Below, piece by piece: positions 11,697 to 25,300 of a stretch of 64,000 nucleotides of DNA; the stretch's first letter is position 1, and every line of letters begins with the position of its first letter. Position numbers and translations under genes: made by a program. The notes below the pieces were generated by a model that saw nothing but the letters and a program-made list of their open reading frames with translations, searched no databases and was not told the DNA's origin. Source of the DNA: Zygnema circumcarinatum SAG 698-1b (taxonomy: Eukaryota > Plantae > Zygnematophyceae). The stretch is taken from assembly GCA_037447605.1 (NCBI GenBank), contig CM074809.1:2780689-2844688 (forward strand). Reading direction: 5' to 3'.

Positions 11697-14600
11697 ATGA
11701 GGCTCGTGAGGCTTTTAGAGGGATGGAAATATGACCTTTTACTATTTGCCTTGTCTCTGCGCCTGTTTCAAGGTAGGAGGGAAACAGCATCAAAAAGTCA
11801 AGGCCTTAATGGGAGTGGAGCCAGGATGTCGCACTCCTCTGCTGTCATTCAAGTTGTTGGGCAGTGTTCTGACAATGCAGCATTTCGATGTTCACTGCAG
11901 GCTTATGATCCTTTTTGAAGCAACCATTGGCACCGCAGACATGAACTGGGATCATAGCAGAGGGACTGCTGTTGCTATCGATGTAAGTTGCTTCTCAAGC
12001 ACCCTCTCGCCATGTTGATCGCTGGGCAGATGTCCCTGTTTGACATTCCTGATTGTGTTTGCGCCCTGAGCATCTTTTCGACGATGCTTCAAGTTGAGTA
12101 ATTTGCAAGACAGCGACGATGCATCTTCCGTGTTCATTTCTGCACCACCTGACGCGGAATCCGTACTTTTGCCGTGATCGCAGGCCGATCAGTCGCTGAG
12201 GGCAATCGGGGAGCATGGACCCTCTCCCAACCTTCTACTGTTTTATAGTGTGGAGTCAGGCACATGGAATGAGGCTCCTCAGCCACATTCAGAAGTGCCA
12301 TTGGAGCAGGATGTTGGCCCTCCTCGCAGATCATTGTCATCTCAACAGAGTGCACCGCCTGATGCACCTGATGTCTCCCCCACAGCGTTTTCACCTGTGG
12401 AGACACCCAGCAGCCCATTATCTTTCTCTCTCTCGTCCACCGATGCACCTGCCTCTGCCCCTTCCGCAGATGTATTCCCGCCACCATTTCCACAACTCAG
12501 TCCAGCTACCAACTCACCGTCCCCCATAAACGACGACTTTTCTCCTCCGACACCATTGGTCAGTCCCGTGGAAGTCCCTGGTGTACCCTCCTCTCCTGCT
12601 TTTGCGCCCCCTCCACGACGAGTCCAAACGTCAAAGAGCGTGTCTTCCTCTCCTCCGCCTCTCCATCCCCCTTCAAGACTCACCACCCCAACTCCTGTCC
12701 CACCTCGTGGTCCTCCTTCTGCAATGTCCCCCTTTCCCTCTGTTTCCCCTCCCGCTCCTCTTGAATCTCCACCTTCTACTTCTCCGCCGGCACCTTCCTT
12801 TCCTACTTCCCCAGCTCCACTTTCCCCTTCTGCTCCTCCTCCCTCCGTTCGCCCTTCCACTCCCCCTACTGCGTTTCCTTCGTCTCCCCCTCTCCCTTCC
12901 ACTTCCCCCTCCGCATTTCCGCCTCCTCCTATATTCTCTTCCCCTGCGTCTCCCCCGGCCTCGTCTCCTTTACCTTCGATTTCACCTTCCTCTCCCTCTC
13001 CACCTCCTCGTACTCCTTTTGCTCCTTTCCATTCCCCTCCCCCTTCGTCCCCTCTCCGTCCCCCACTTTTCCCTCCTCATCTTCCGCCCCTTTCCCCTTC
13101 TCGCCTCCCTCCCCATTCTTCCTCCCCTTCTCCCGTGCTTTCTTCTCCTCTCCCCCCTTCTCCCCAATCCCCTCGTCCCCCGTCCCGTCATCCTGTCCCT
13201 GCCCCTGGGCCTTCCGTTTTCCCTTCTCCTGCCCCTTCCTCTTCGTCTTCCCCATCCCCTTTCTTTTCCCCTCCCTCTCCCTCTACCCCTTCCCCTTCCT
13301 TTTCCCCTCCCTCTCCCCCTACCCCTTCCCCTTCCTTTTCCTCTCCCCCTCCCTCTTCCCATTCTTCTCCTTCTCCTTCACCCCCTTCACCTCATCCCCC
13401 TTCCCCGCCTCCTCCTTTTTTCTCTCCCCCTTCACCTTCTTCCCCTCCCCCTCCCTTTTCCCCGTCCCCTTCCATTTCCCCTTCCCCTCCCTCTTCCCAT
13501 TCTTCTCCTTCTCCTTCACCCCCTTCACCTCATCCCCCTTCCCCTCCTCCTCCTTTCCTTTCTCCCCCTTCACGTTCTTCCCCTCCCCCTCCCTTTTCCC
13601 CGTCCCCTTCCTTTTCCCCTTCCCCTCCCTCTTCCCCTTCTTCCCCTTCTTCTTCTCCCCATTCCCCTTCTTCTCCTTTCCCTTCTCCCCCTTCATCGTC
13701 TTCCCCTCCCCCTCCCTTTTCCCCGCCCCCTTCCTTTTCGCCTTCCCCTCCCTCTTCCCATTCTTCTCCTTCTCCTTCACCTTCTTCACCTCATCCCCCT
13801 TCCCCTTCTCCTCCTTTCCTTTCTCCCCCTTCACCTTCTTCCCCTCCCCCTCCCTTTTCCCCGTCCCCTTCCTTTTCCCCATCCCCTCCCTCTTCCCCTG
13901 CTTCCCCTTCTTCTTCTCCCCATTCCCCTTCTTCTCCTTTCCCTTCGCCCCCTTCATCTTCTTCCCCTCCCCCTCCCTTTTCCCCGTCCCCTTCCTTTTC
14001 GCCTTCCCCTCCCTCTTCCCATTCGTCTCCTTCTCCTTCACCCTCTTCACCTCATCCCCCTTCCCCTTTTCCTCCTTTCCTTTCTCCCCCTTCACCTACT
14101 TCCCCTCCCCCTCCCTTTTCCCCGTCCCCTTCCTTTTCCCCTTCCCCTTCCCCTTCCCCTTCCCCTTCCTTTTCCCCTTCCCCTTCCCCTTCCCCTTCCC
14201 CTTCCCCTTCCCCTTCCCCTTCCTTTTCCCCATCCCCTCCCTCTTCCCATTCGTCTCCTTCTCCTTCACCCTCTTCACCTCATCCCCCTTCCCCTTTTCC
14301 TCCTTTCCCTTCTCCCCCTTCACCTTCTTCCCCTCCCCCTCCCTTTTCCCCTTCCCCTTCCTTTTCCCCTTCCCCCTCCCTTTTCCCCTTCCCCTTTCCC
14401 TTCTCCCCTTCCTTTTCCCTCCCTTTTCCCCTTCCCCTTCCTTTTCCCCTTCCCCTCCCTCTTCCCCTTCTTCTACATCCCCTTCCCGTTCTCCCCCTTT
14501 CTCTCCTCCCCATTCGCCTACTTCCCCTCCCCCTCCCTTTTCCCCTTCCCCTTCCTTCCTTCCCCTTCCCCTCCCTCTTCCCCTTCTTCTTCTCCCCATT

Positions 14601-17600
14601 CCCCTTCTTCTCCTTTCCCTTCTCCCCATTCGCCTACTTCCCCTCCCCCTCCCTTTTCCCCTTCCCCTTCCTTTTCGCCTTCCCCTCCCTCTTCCCATTC
14701 TTCTCCTTCTCCTTCACCCTCTTCACCTCATCCCCCTTCCCCTTTTCCTCCTTTCCCTTCTCCCCCTTCACCTTCTTCCTCTCCCCCTCCCTTTTCCCCT
14801 TCCCCTTCCTTTTCCCCTTCCCCTTCCTTTTCCCCAGCCCCTTTCCCTTCTCCTTCGCCTTCCCGTTCCCCTTCCCCTTCCAATTCCTCTTCCCCTCCTT
14901 CTGGCCCAGCCCCATCCCGTTCCGAGTCCCCTTCCCCTGCGTCGTCCCCTTCCGCCCCCCCTTCTCCTCTCTCTCCTTCCCCTGTCTCTTTTCCTGCCTC
15001 ACCCCCTTTTATTACCTCATCCCCTCCTCCTGCCTCGGCCCATTCCCCTGCTCCTGCCCCTGCCCCTGCTGTGCCCGGTATCCCTCCCCCTTTTCCTGCA
15101 TTCGCCCCAACCCCTTACCCTGTTTCTCTCTCACCGCCCCCCTTGGAGCCTGCCACTTCGCCCGGTCCATCTCCCTTCACAGTTGCGCCTGCCCCGTCTC
15201 CAAGCATCGTCACCCCAACCATGCCGCCCGGCCTATCGCCAAAACCGTCCTTCCACCCCTATCCAGCTTCAGGGCCTTCACCTGTGCCCTCTCTAGCAAA
15301 CCCAGCTGCTGCTCCTGTGCCAACTGAAGGCTCTCCATCGCCTATTGAAGCACCTTCACCAGCTGCTTCTCCCATTGTGGCGCCTTCAGCTGGGCCAACA
15401 CCTGCTCCATCTCCTTCTAATGAAGCGGCAGCCCCTTCACCAGCACTCGCTCCATCTTCGTCTCCTTCACCAGGTTTGTCCCCTCCATCTCCTGCCAAAG
15501 GGGTTCCTTCTTCTTTTCCACCTCCCAATCCAGTACCTGCCTCCATCTCACCGTCCATCCCACCCCCATTTCGTCCATTGAAGCCCACAATCCCAAGTTC
15601 CGGAGTTCATTCACCACCACCACCCCGTTCATCATGGTCTCCACAATTGCAGTTCCCTCCGCCATTCTTTCACCCTCCAAGCATTGCCCCACCCAAATTC
15701 CCATTCACCCCCCCTCACCTGTTTATCAGCCCTCCATTCCACCGACCTCCTAAGCCCAAAGGTATGTCTGCTTCAAGTAAATTCATTATCTTTGCAAATG
15801 AGACTTAGTCTCCAATAGATTTGTCTTCAGATAGTCCAGATCTTCCTTCAGCGTTTGGACTGCTATTTCCCCCGCAGTATCCATGCTGCAGACTCTGCGG
15901 GTATGGATCTACTGCAGCGAGCATCCAGTTCCATGGACTGCACTTGAATACCTTTTGAATAAGAGCTTTTTAATGTTTGTGGTAAAAGGCCTTCAATGCC
16001 GCTTCCTCTATTCCTCCTAGATTTGTGCAACTATATCAAATCTGAGTTGTCTCACAGGTTGCAAGACTTTGAACGTAATTGAACATATGCAAATGGAGCT
16101 GACTATAGCTCAAACGATAACGCTTGGATTGTATCTGCCCTATCAGTTATTTCGTGTAAACCTGACGAAGTCTGGCAACGTCACCGCACCTGCTTCTTTG
16201 TTCCGCTTGAATGTAGCGTCAAGTTCACCCGATAGATTTTGGAAGAAGACTGGTTTATCTGCTATACATTGGGAGGAGCGTACTGCATTTTTCTGTCTTT
16301 TTGTACTAGATCTGTATTTGGTGGATGGGAACGGTGGGCGTTGATTCGGAAGGAGAGAAGGGCGGCAGGTTGGTCGGAGAAGGATGAGAATGAGATGAAG
16401 TGAAGTCTCTCCTTGTGCCGTTGTTCTGGGTGGACAAGACAATACTGCTCAGTTACTGTGATCATGGGCATGGTAGATTCTCGAGACGGATGTTTTATCT
16501 TGCAGTGGGCTCTTTCTTAGTGCTTATCCCAGTTAATATTGGAGGCTATTTTCCTGGAAGCTTGCGTCTTCGGATACGTCAGTTTATGTTCTGAAGTCAT
16601 TCCTATTCTTGCAGATAGTACCCCCCCCTCGCCAAGCTTGACACCTGCAACCCCCTTTCCAGCGCCGTCTTCACCTGCTGTGTTACCGCCGGAAGTGGCT
16701 CCCGTGCCCTTCCCAGCTCCTTCCCAACTTCAACCTCCACCTATTCATCCCCCTCTGCGCCACCCTCCCCCAGCACGTGCGCCGTCACCATCTCCTGCAG
16801 ACACCCCACTCCCTTCCCCTTCCGCTGTACCTCCTCCATGGCATCCTCAAACCCGTCCCCCTCAGCGTCCTCCTCAGCGTCCTCTCCAGCGTCCTCCTCA
16901 GTATCCCCTTCATAGTCCCCCACTGCCACCTCGACGGAATCCCCCTCTGCGTCCCCCGCAGAGTCCCCCACAGCGTCCTCCACGGTATCCCCCTCAGCGT
17001 CCCCCAAAGCGTCCGCTTCCACCACCATCTCAGCCAGCTTCCGAGCCCGCCTTTGGTCCAGTTGACCCGCCGTCTGTGCTTCCCCCGGGACACGCTCCGT
17101 CTCCTGCAGCACCTTCACAGTCACCACTATCTCCACCAAAACTACCACCAGCAGATTCTCCTGCCCCATTAGGTGTCCCTATCCCACCTCCCGCGGATGC
17201 TCCTTCACCATCCCCTGCGGATGGGCCATCTTCAAAGCCCGAAGAGGTGAGGCCCCCTCCTGGGGGGAGCCCTGCACCCTTCAGCCCGCCATTGCAGCCA
17301 CCACCCTCTCCCGTACCTATCACCAGTCCTGCTCCGCCACCCTATCAGACTCCTCCGAGTTCTCCCCCGTCCCCTCAAACTTCCCCCTTGGCTCTGCCGC
17401 CACCTCCTCCCGACACGAGATGTGAGTCTCTGTTCTCTGTGTGGCAACGAGCAACTGCGTCTCTGCAATCTTCTTAGTGTGTTTGTACGTATCGCCTTAC
17501 TAACTGGGACTGATCTGTGCTTTTGAATTATTGGTGGCCAGCCTGTCCGGCATGCAACGAGACACAGTACATTCCGCCTGAAGGAGCATGCAGATGCATG

Positions 17601-20600
17601 GATCCTATGGTCGTTCTACTCACTTTCCTCACAGAGTTCGATGTCTTCAATGCAAACTCACTCAAATTTGTGAAGGAGATGGCTGCCGGGCTCATTTTAG
17701 AGCCGCCTCAAGTGGTGGTATGTTTGCTTTCTCACAATGAAGCCCCTCCATTGACAAGAGGGCGGGCAATAGGCTCCTCCTGGCTGCTGCCAATATTGGT
17801 AAAATACGATTCCATTCATACCTACATTCGATGCTTGGGTGGGAGAGCATGCAGGTATCCAATGTGCAGTATAAGGTGTACCCAACATCCTTCTACGTAT
17901 GGCTGTGGTTTGTTCCTTTAGATGGAACTAAGCTTAACCACTCAAAAGTGATTGACATAGCGACGCGTCTGCGGAACCATCAAGTTAATTTGGATCCCTT
18001 GTTTGGGACCTATGAAGTGGAGTATACTGTGAACCCAGGTAGGGTATGAGGAAGCTCAACCTTGCTGCTGATTTCATGTGCATCTAAAATATCCTTACTT
18101 GCACCTAACTGCACTTCTGCCCAAACCGTGTCTTGTAATTGAATTGGCCTCCTCTGCAGGCGACAAAGTCCCCCCTCCTCCAAGTCAGTCGGGTGCATTG
18201 GCACCATCTGGGGCAGTCGGAAATTCGAGCAAGAATGCAACAAGTGTTGAAGCTGGCAAGAATCGGAGCATGTCCGGTGTTATCATCGCCATAGCAGTCA
18301 TTGTGCCAACTGTAGGTGTAGCTCTCTGTGGTCTGGGAATGTGGCTGTTCTCGGTGTACCGCCGGGACAGGAGGGAGTGGGGAGGGAGAGGGGTAGACAA
18401 TCTGGAAGGCGCATATGCTCCGCCATTGTTTGATGATGCTTCAATGGAGCAGGCGGTAATCGCCCGTCAAGGTGAGTCTCCAGACAGCCCATTACTCTTG
18501 TCACTCTCCACAGGCCTTGTTTCTTATCTGCACCATTTTCTCAGTGCTGCTTGAAAGGAAACTGCTTGCAGTACACCAATCTCCTGCAAGACAGAAAGGA
18601 ATGAGGTTTTTGAGCATTGGAATGGACTTGTAATTTTCAGGCCCTGTTGTTCGGGAGTCTCCGGAGCAGACTGCACGGGAGGCAGACCTGTCTCTCAGAA
18701 TCGCTGCTCTCTCCAATGCTCCTACACAAACTTACTCCTTAGCCCAACTAAAGCAGGGAACTCGCAACTTCAGCTCGGCAAACCTTTTGGGTCAGGGAGG
18801 TTTCAGCCGGGTATACAAGGGACAGTTAGAAGATGGCTCAGTAGTTGCAGTGAAGGTGCTCATCCAGGGTGATAGGCAGGCTGAAAAGGACTTCCTCGCA
18901 GAAGCTCACATGCTCAGCTGCCTCCACCACAAGTACGTCTACCTTCCCCTCAATAACCATATGGCTCTACCCTCTACTTCCGAATGGAGTGCCCTAAGAC
19001 CCCTTTTCTGAGTGCAGGAACTTGGTGAAGCTTCTTGGAATCTGCCACGAAGGTGGAGTACGGTGCCTTATTTATGAGCTTGTACCGAATGGCAGTCTTC
19101 ATTGGCATCTCCATGGCCCTGATTCGGGCGTTCAGTTGAGAACATCCCCAAAGAGGGATGCGCTCAGCTGGGAGACCAGGATGAAGATTGCTCTCGGAAC
19201 AGCAAGAGGGTTGGCGTACCTCCACGAGGATGCCAATCCTCATGTCATTCACCGCGATTTGAAAGCTTCGAACATATTGCTGGAAGAGGACTTCACACCA
19301 AAAATTTCCGATTTCGGATTGGCTAGGGAGGACGGAGTCGTTGTTTCCCACAGCGTGAAGATGGTGGGAACCTTCGGGTGAGTGCCTGAAGATCGATGGT
19401 TTATCAACTTCCTTCATCACTGTGTATAGGAGGCTCAAAAGCTGTCAACTATAAAGAGCTTGAGAGTCTTATACCGTAAGGATCCGATTGAGTCAGTGTT
19501 TGGGTGGAAAGTGTGTCTGTCCTTTATTCCCCAACTCATGAAATGAAACAATTTGGTGATGGTTTGCAGCTATGTCGCACCAGAATATGCGATGACTGGG
19601 CACCTCCTAGTGAAGAGTGATGTCTATAGCTATGGAGTGGTGCTGCTTGAGCTTCTTTGTGGGAGACGGCCTGTTGACATGAGGGCAGCACCCGGACAGG
19701 AGAGTCTTGTCAACTGGGCTCAGCCTCTACTTGCAAGGTGAAAGACTTTTTGTCCTTGCCCTGATAATGTTCCAGTCCAATTCCATATTCTTATAATGCT
19801 TTGAAGCTCGTGGCTGGAGGAAAGTCTATGCTATGTTGAGGGGTTTGTGCGAGGAAGTGACATTTCCGAAGGGGCGTGGGTGCAGCAAGGAAGGCTTGGA
19901 GCATCTTGTGGACCCCTCCTTGAAGTCAACATGCCCCATGTCAAGCCTAGCACGGGTGGCAGCCATAGCTAGCATGTGTGTGCAACCCAACGCAAGCCAT
20001 CGGCCGTTCATGGGAGAGGTTGTGCAGGTAAGTTGGGAAGTGTTTGGTTGCCAAAGAATAGACTCATCCTCCCAGTGGCTCCTGCACTGCTGCGAAATGC
20101 CTTCTTCAGAATACTAATGGTGATTTGTGGGCCTGTAGGCACTGCGCCTTGTGTACAATGATGCAGAGAGCGAGTCCGACAGGAGGTATGTCTTGTCCCT
20201 GATACGGAGCTTCTGCTCGCAATTGCCAGCTATTCGTGCTCTGAGGGATTGCAAGCGAAGAAGTCAGGTTCTGATTGACCTTTTTGTAATGACTGTGCAG
20301 CATGGAGTCTACACGAGCCTTGATGAGTTCCGAGTTCAGCATTCTGCTCCCTGAAGAGCCCGATCCAGCATTTGGGTTCACTTCCAAAGAACTGGCAGCA
20401 ATGCCGCCTCTTCTTCGACGAGGTATCCAGAACTTAGAATCAAGGTGAGCACACACACTTACTCGTTTGCTTCCGAACATCGCATGCTGAGCTTCTCGAT
20501 TCTGCCGACTGATTCCTGCTGTTGTGACACTGCTCGCAGTGGCGAAGCATCGAATGGCAGCGGCTGGAGGTGGCAATCGGGTTCAACGGACAGCCGGACT

Positions 20601-20651
20601 TCACCGGAAACAGTGGGTGCATCTCAGGTTTGTGTTTTAGCTCGTCAGTGA
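11697..20651 (+). CDS. Proline-rich (extensin-like) receptor-like Ser/Thr kinase, ALE2/At5g56890 family
   Basis: Signal-peptide-like exon 11697-11772. Further exons: 11921-11982, 12184-15761 (Ser/Pro repeats, apparent frameshifts near 14370-14565), 16615-17421, 17542-17717 ([25 protein letters not shown]2-type ectodomain), 17855-18038, 18160-18471 ([26 protein letters not shown]), and kinase exons 18641-18932, 19018-19377, 19570-19737, 19886-20027 ([67 protein letters not shown]). The 3' exons 20139-20185, 20301-20444 and ~20540-20651 are less certain. Confidence 0.88.
13330..14820 (+). repeat. Coding tandem array of 138-nt (46 aa) and 123-nt (41 aa) Ser/Pro units
   Basis: The marker ctcttcccat recurs at 13353, 13491, 13752 and 14013 (periods 138, 261, 261) and again near 14240 and 14690. 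Units read [13 protein letters not shown](P/S)[32 protein letters not shown] and [35 protein letters not shown]. Confidence 0.85.
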
Positions 20652-22391
20652 AACTGTGGACAAGGAGACTCGTTGGGTGAAAACCTGTGAAAGGCCCGTT
20701 CGAAGGTAGACGATGCTTAACCTCAAGGTGGTACGCATGCAGGGCTCGTCAAACTCGACATCTGGTGCACAGAATATTGAGGGACTGCAACCGAAGATTC
20801 CTTCAATATCTAGGTGTGCAAATCATATCATCCTGTGAACTTATTGACCATTCCCAGTACATATCATGTTTTGTCCCCTTCTCCTTCCCCTATCCCCCCT
20901 TCCCCTTCTCTCGTCTCGCCTATTCTCCTTCAAGAACAAACGGCACAGTTCTATTGTTTTAATTGGTCATTGTTGGGGCACAGACCCACGGGATCAACGG
21001 CAAGGGAACTGGACCCACTAATCGACTTTGAGAGGTGAACCTTTATGGGGGGGAGGGGGGGGGGGGAAGGAAGGGGGGAGGGAAGAAAGGGGGGGGGTGT
21101 TGTGCCTTGGAGAGAAGGGAGGGAGCCCCGAGCGGCCGCCCGCCATCGGGCCATGCGGGGCTCCTCGCCCAACCGCGGAGCAGCTGTAGGCTTCGCCAAG
21201 TTTTAAATTTTTTAGGTCCTTGTAGCATTAGGGATGGCATTTTAGGTCAGTGTTTCGATTTTAATATTTTGAAATAAACCGTTAGGTAGGCAGAATGACT
21301 GCAAAGCGAAACGCTTTGCAGCCTTTTCGAAAGAATTGGTAAGCAAGTTGTTGCTTTGCCTACAAGCGACCTGTCCTGTTAAGGGCAGCAATGCAGCATG
21401 AAAATTAATGATTTTTTTTCGCTATAAACTAGGTTAATATATCGTTATTTATATGGACCGCAATTAGATCCCCTTTGCTGATCTGCTATTTCAAGCATTT
21501 CCGAGTCGGGACCCCTTTGCAAATGCCTGCACTGCATGCCAAACCAAAAATGCCTGTAGGGAGTGACGGGCTGTGCAGACGGCCACCGGCACATTTGAGA
21601 ACCGCTGTCCCTCCCTCCCTCCCTCCCTCCCTCCCCGCCTGCCTGCCTGCCCTGCCCCCCCGCCCTCGCCCCTCTCCCCTCCCCCATCCTTCCTCCCTAC
21701 CTCCCTCCATTAGGGGGTATCAGACTTGAACATTTTCCGACCAGCGTGAGAAGGGTTCCAATTTTGCTGTACTTCTTTTCGATTCCGGACTTGTAATTGG
21801 ACTTGGTGTGTGACCGCGGCCAAAGGTTGAACTTCCATTGAAATTTCGGATCCATACAGCCACTCGGAGTCCCGGTGACTGTCCGATTCCGAGGAACGCT
21901 TTTACAATTTGTCACGCTCTGTTTCCGGCGCGAGCTGTCCACCGTAATCTGATCCCCCCAATTTGGAAAAATCGCTAAAATTTTCGGAATGTCGCTAGCG
22001 AGCCGACCACTCCAGATCGGAAACGTTTGGGAGGTATGGGAGAGGTGGACGGCTTCAAAGTTGTTGGAAGCGGATAGGCGTTGCATGGTTTCTTTGTGCC
22101 ATTTTGAAACCAACTTGAGCACAAACAAAAAAAAATGGATGGGCATGGCCTGCAGGATGCCTGGGAGTGTGCTGATGGTTGAACGTTTTTAGCAGCATGA
22201 GCCGAATCCTACAGAGTCAATCCTTTTCTCAAAGAGAACAAGTGTGAAGTCCTGCAGCCGATATGGCAGATGCTCCGAAAGTCCTGACAAGTAAATGTGA
22301 CTGCTCCAAGCTTCCCATTGCAGCACGCGGAACTCTGAAAAAATCCCCATTTGATCCCCATAAATCAATATCCTTATTTTGCTCACTGAAA

Positions 22392-25300
22392 TCAGACGGG
22401 CGTGGTCTTCTCCCCACAGCCTCGAGCAAGCGTTCGGGTATAGCTTGGCTTCTGCATTTCCACGAGTCGTGAAATCTGCGGCAGCATCCAAAGGTAAAAG
22501 CTTCAGATTTGTCTCTTTTTTGAAAGGTCGAGCTCAGATGCTCAAGTCCAAACAAAATTTAGATGCTCCAAGGAAGCACCAAGGGATGCGAGGGAAGCTC
22601 AAGAAGGGGCTTAGTCTAAACGTACTGCTCGTCTGAATGCAAACTCTTCCTCTCTCCCGGACAGCTGTCGCTCGATAGCTGAACGCTCATGTTGAGATGA
22701 CCCTATGGGTGCCACGCCGCCCTCCACTCCCACATTTCTTCGAAGTTTACCTCCTTCCACTGCAGTTTCAAACTGTAGGCTGCCCAGCAGAAAGCAGAAG
22801 TGAGCCCAGATTCATTATTCATGGCTTCACAGATAAACCACCCACAAAAGTGTTAACAGTCCTCTGGCAAACGCCAATGTTACTTCCTTTCCTGTTCCTG
22901 TCAAAGGGTTTGCATCCTCGGATTCTTCTCTTACCTCTCAAGGTCCACGAGAGGGCCCTCCTCATGGCCCAAAAACAGTTCGTCTGGAGGAGCGGCTGCG
23001 GTGCATACGAGACAACGCCGGAAGTTGTAAAGTTCATCAATGAGAGTGATAAATCGTCGAGCCTGTCTCCCGAAAACACAAGAAACCAGTTTGTGGATAA
23101 GTCGTCTTGGCTACTCAAACATCTAGCGGTTGCTTCGGGGAAATGAAACCCGCTTTCGACGGTGTCTGAGTCTGTAAGAGAGGCTTACTTGGTCGCGAAT
23201 TCGCATACTCATCGATGGGATGTCGGTTACAAAAACTGTGTGGTATTGTTGAGCCAAAGCAATGTAGTCCGCTGCCCCGACCTGCATCCACCCCAAGCAT
23301 AATATACATCAGCTGTTCTCCCTCTTCCCACCACCCTTCTCCGCCCTCCCTCCTCTCCCTTCTCTTCCCTCCCTCCCTCCCTCCCTCCCCAATGCCCTCC
23401 AACACCTCACACGTTACCGGACGATTGCAGAGGTCGTCAAAGGCAAATCGTGCGATCCCTCCACAGTTTCGAGGAACCTGCAAAGTCCTGTGGTTTATTG
23501 AAACCCAAAACCCCCTCTCCCCCGGCATGAGAGAGAGCCCAGCTACCATCTGATTCTATGAGAAAGAAAGATACCCATTCACACTCAGCAGCCACACAGC
23601 CCCCCCTGCTCTCGGGCGCACCTCCTTTCATCATCCCTCTCTCCGAGCCACCTGCCTGCCGAACATGACGGTAATGCAGCGTCTCTCCTCCTCTTCGCAC
23701 TTCCCCTTCTCTCTCTCAATCTCTACCGCCTGCTGCCATAACTTCTCTACCTCCTCCTGCGACCGTTCATTCAAGGGCCAAAAGTATGTGGCGGCGGATG
23801 CGTCCTGCAGCCCCAAAAAACCCAAAAGACCAACCTTAAATATGAGTAGTCAGGGTTCAGAGAGCCCTACTACTGCTGCAGCAGCAGCAGCAGACTGTGA
23901 GAGCAGAAGAAGTAGCCCCTGAGCCCACCTGCTCTCCTGTCTGTATGCGGCGGTAGTCCGTATCGCTCTGTATGTGGAGAGGGCGACACTGCTGCTCTAA
24001 CTGCCGCACGAACTGCTCAAAGAGATGGCGCTGCAGCCCATCCTGAAATGCAGACAGAAGGAATCTGGTCATGCATTTGACCCTCCTTACAACGACAAGT
24101 CATTGACTCATCTAAAAAGTGACAGGAAACAGATCCTTCAGTCAGAATGTCGATCAAGTGAAGGTACTGCGACAAACTCTGTTTGAAGTATGCTTCCCTT
24201 TACAGTAGCCAAAATGCTAGTATTCGAATGGAATGTAAGCTTTTCCACGTCGACTTCTTCCCCTCACCTTGTTGAGATGGCGAGGTGGCCTGTTGGAGGT
24301 GGCAACCAGCACCACTCCCTTCTCCATGAGACGGCCGAGAAGGCGCGGGAGAGCCACTGCAGTGAATACGTCCACCACCTGCACACGTGGCATCTCCTCG
24401 GCTGACTCATTAGGGCCATTCCGCTAAGAAGCTGCTCACACTCAGCTCGTCAGTATGGAGCTTACTAGTAAAGCAGAGCATTAAGTGTCCGTACAAATTG
24501 AAGCCAGGAATAGACATTAGGTTACTTGCTGAACTTGGATACCAATAGGCTATGGGAGTGAAGGGAGTGTGGCAAACAGCTACCGTTGAAGGCAACTGTA
24601 AGCCTTCCTGACTAGATCGTCGTCTTTCAAGTACACATCGATTTCCCAAAGCAAAAAACGTCGTGTTCAGTCTGGTTTTCGGAAGTTATCAAAATGCAGG
24701 ATGCACCCTCGCAACGGTAAGTCTTTTCAAAAATCAGGTGTTTCCATTCCCGTCCCCTCCCGGCCTCTCTCCTTCCACTGAGGACACATAGCACCCCCCA
24801 TCTGCTCTCCCAAGCAGGGCTTTAGAGCCATGCCTGAATCTCATCAAAGCAGAGAAGGCTAGCTCCATAGGCTTCCTCCTCTCCTCCCATGAACTCATTC
24901 ACAACCGCATCTAACACATGAGAATGCAGCCCTCCCACTTCATCTCCATCCTCCTCCTCTTCAAAATGTGACTCTCTCTCCTCCTTACGGCGCTTCCTCT
25001 CCCTCCTCTGTTGCTGCTCCTGCCAGTGGCGGTGCATGCGCTGATGCAGCTCAAGCATGGCCTGCATGCCCCCCTCCCCTCTCCCGCACCTCCGCCATTC
25101 ACAATGGTCCTGCCACCACGCACAGAAGGGTACGGGACAACGGAACTCACAGCATGGAAATGCAGTCTTCGCCGTCTGCCGACGATGTTTTCGGCTGTCT
25201 CGAAGAGCAAGTCCATGAGGAGAGTCTTTCCTGCAACGTATCCGAGATGGCACTCGCATCACACATCTTACTTCACAATCCCTCTCTCTCCCTCTCTCTA

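Noticed and set aside
12342-15704. Long minus-strand Gly/Lys/Arg/Glu-rich ORFs and the alternative Leu/Pro-rich plus-strand frames
   Set aside because: They are shadows of the C/T-rich Ser/Pro repeat exon, which lacks stop codons in other frames.
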